12,178 nt of DNA from a virus, in IMG/VR virus record IMGVR_UViG_3300022538_000930; one strand, written 5' to 3'. Below, piece by piece: positions 11,730 to 12,178 of this stretch. Under the pieces are notes generated by a model. It worked only from the letters and a program-made list of their open reading frames with translations, was not told the origin of the DNA and did not search any database. The translations under genes and the position numbers were made by a program. How positions within the stretch are numbered: position 1 is the first letter of the stretch; each line of letters opens with the position of its first letter.

Positions 11730-11860
11730 AAGTCGGAAATACATCTATTGAAAATGAACACGGATTGTTCGAGCAAGAATGTGATTGTAATATGTTTCCT
11801 TGTAATTGTTATTATCAAGATAATAAAGGTCATTGGAAGAAGAAAGAGGATAAAAAATGA
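11726..11860 (+). CDS. 44-aa Cys-knuckle mini-protein
   Basis: Hand translation gives MKVGNTSIENEHGLFEQECDCNMFPCNCYYQDNKGHWKKKEDKK*. The motif is CxC-x4-CxC. It has ATGA overlaps at both ends. Confidence 0.5.
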   Translation: MKVGNTSIENEHGLFEQECDCNMFPCNCYYQDNKGHWKKKEDKK

Positions 11861-12105
11861 AACTTAAAACTTTGAAGGACTTTATAAAAGGATATGAAGG
11901 ATTTGGCAGCTATCCAAAAGATAAGCACATTTCTGTGTGTATTATTAGAGCATTTGATGAATTAAAACAAGAAGCAATCAAGTGGATGAAGCATTTTGAT
12001 GGTTGTATGAAAAACACCAAAAGTGATACTGCTTGGCATAGTTATAGAGGAAGCAAACACTCTTTAATGAATTTCTTCAACATAACAGAAGAGGAGATAG
12101 CATGA
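11857..12105 (+). CDS. 82-aa hypothetical protein
   Basis: ORF track. It has ATGA overlaps at both ends. Its last 68 nt are repeated at 1-68 because of the terminal overlap. Confidence 0.65.
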   Translation: MKLKTLKDFIKGYEGFGSYPKDKHISVCIIRAFDELKQEAIKWMKHFDGCMKNTKSDTAWHSYRGSKHSLMNFFNITEEEIA

Positions 12106-12178
12106 AACACATAAGAGCATCATTTGAAGATGAAGAATTTAAGCCAATTAGTAAGCTGAAAGACAAGCTCAAAAAAGG
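12038..12178. repeat. Terminal overlap, copy 2 (identical to 1-141)
   Basis: See copy 1. The partial ORF beginning at ATG 12102 is the same gene as 65-208. Confidence 0.95.

Overview
The contig closes on itself. Bases 1-141 are identical to 12038-12178, so the window is one complete ~12,037-bp AT-rich genome, either circular or circularly permuted.

Almost all genes are on the + strand, in two blocks:
- **Mini-ORF chain.** About 11 translationally coupled small ORFs (37-116 aa) include RHH-like, Cys-knuckle/zinc-ribbon and single-TM proteins. The chain runs from a promoter at ~11369, across the junction, to a hairpin/T-tract terminator at 1067-1099.
- **Head-morphogenesis module.** It holds the large terminase (2454-3770), a putative adaptor, the portal (4804-5949) and an acidic scaffold-like protein. 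These are followed by a DUF2190-like decoration protein, an HK97-fold-like major capsid protein (9081-9977), and a 350-aa protein whose C-terminus looks like a second copy of the decoration domain.

I cannot recognise a tail tube, sheath, tape measure or baseplate, a polymerase, primase or Rep, or an integrase.

Expression signals look archaeal. TTTAAATA-type TATA boxes with purine-rich upstream (BRE-like) flanks lie 27-30 nt upstream of at least seven ATGs, which implies leaderless mRNAs. Internal genes use GGAGG-type SD sequences or ATGA overlaps. A minus-strand Hjc-type (archaeal Holliday-junction-resolvase-like) mini-nuclease fits this reading.

The least explained part is 1100-2453:
- a tRNA-like acceptor/T-arm minihelix;
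- the truncated Hjc-like gene;
- about 1 kb with almost no coding capacity;
- an orphan promoter;
- a GC-rich set of inverted and direct repeats directly upstream of terL.

The main candidate for novelty is the element as a whole. It is a head-only HK97-lineage genome of 12 kb with archaeal grammar, so either a minimal virus or a capsid-forming satellite. All functional calls come from by-eye motif recognition; no database search was possible.
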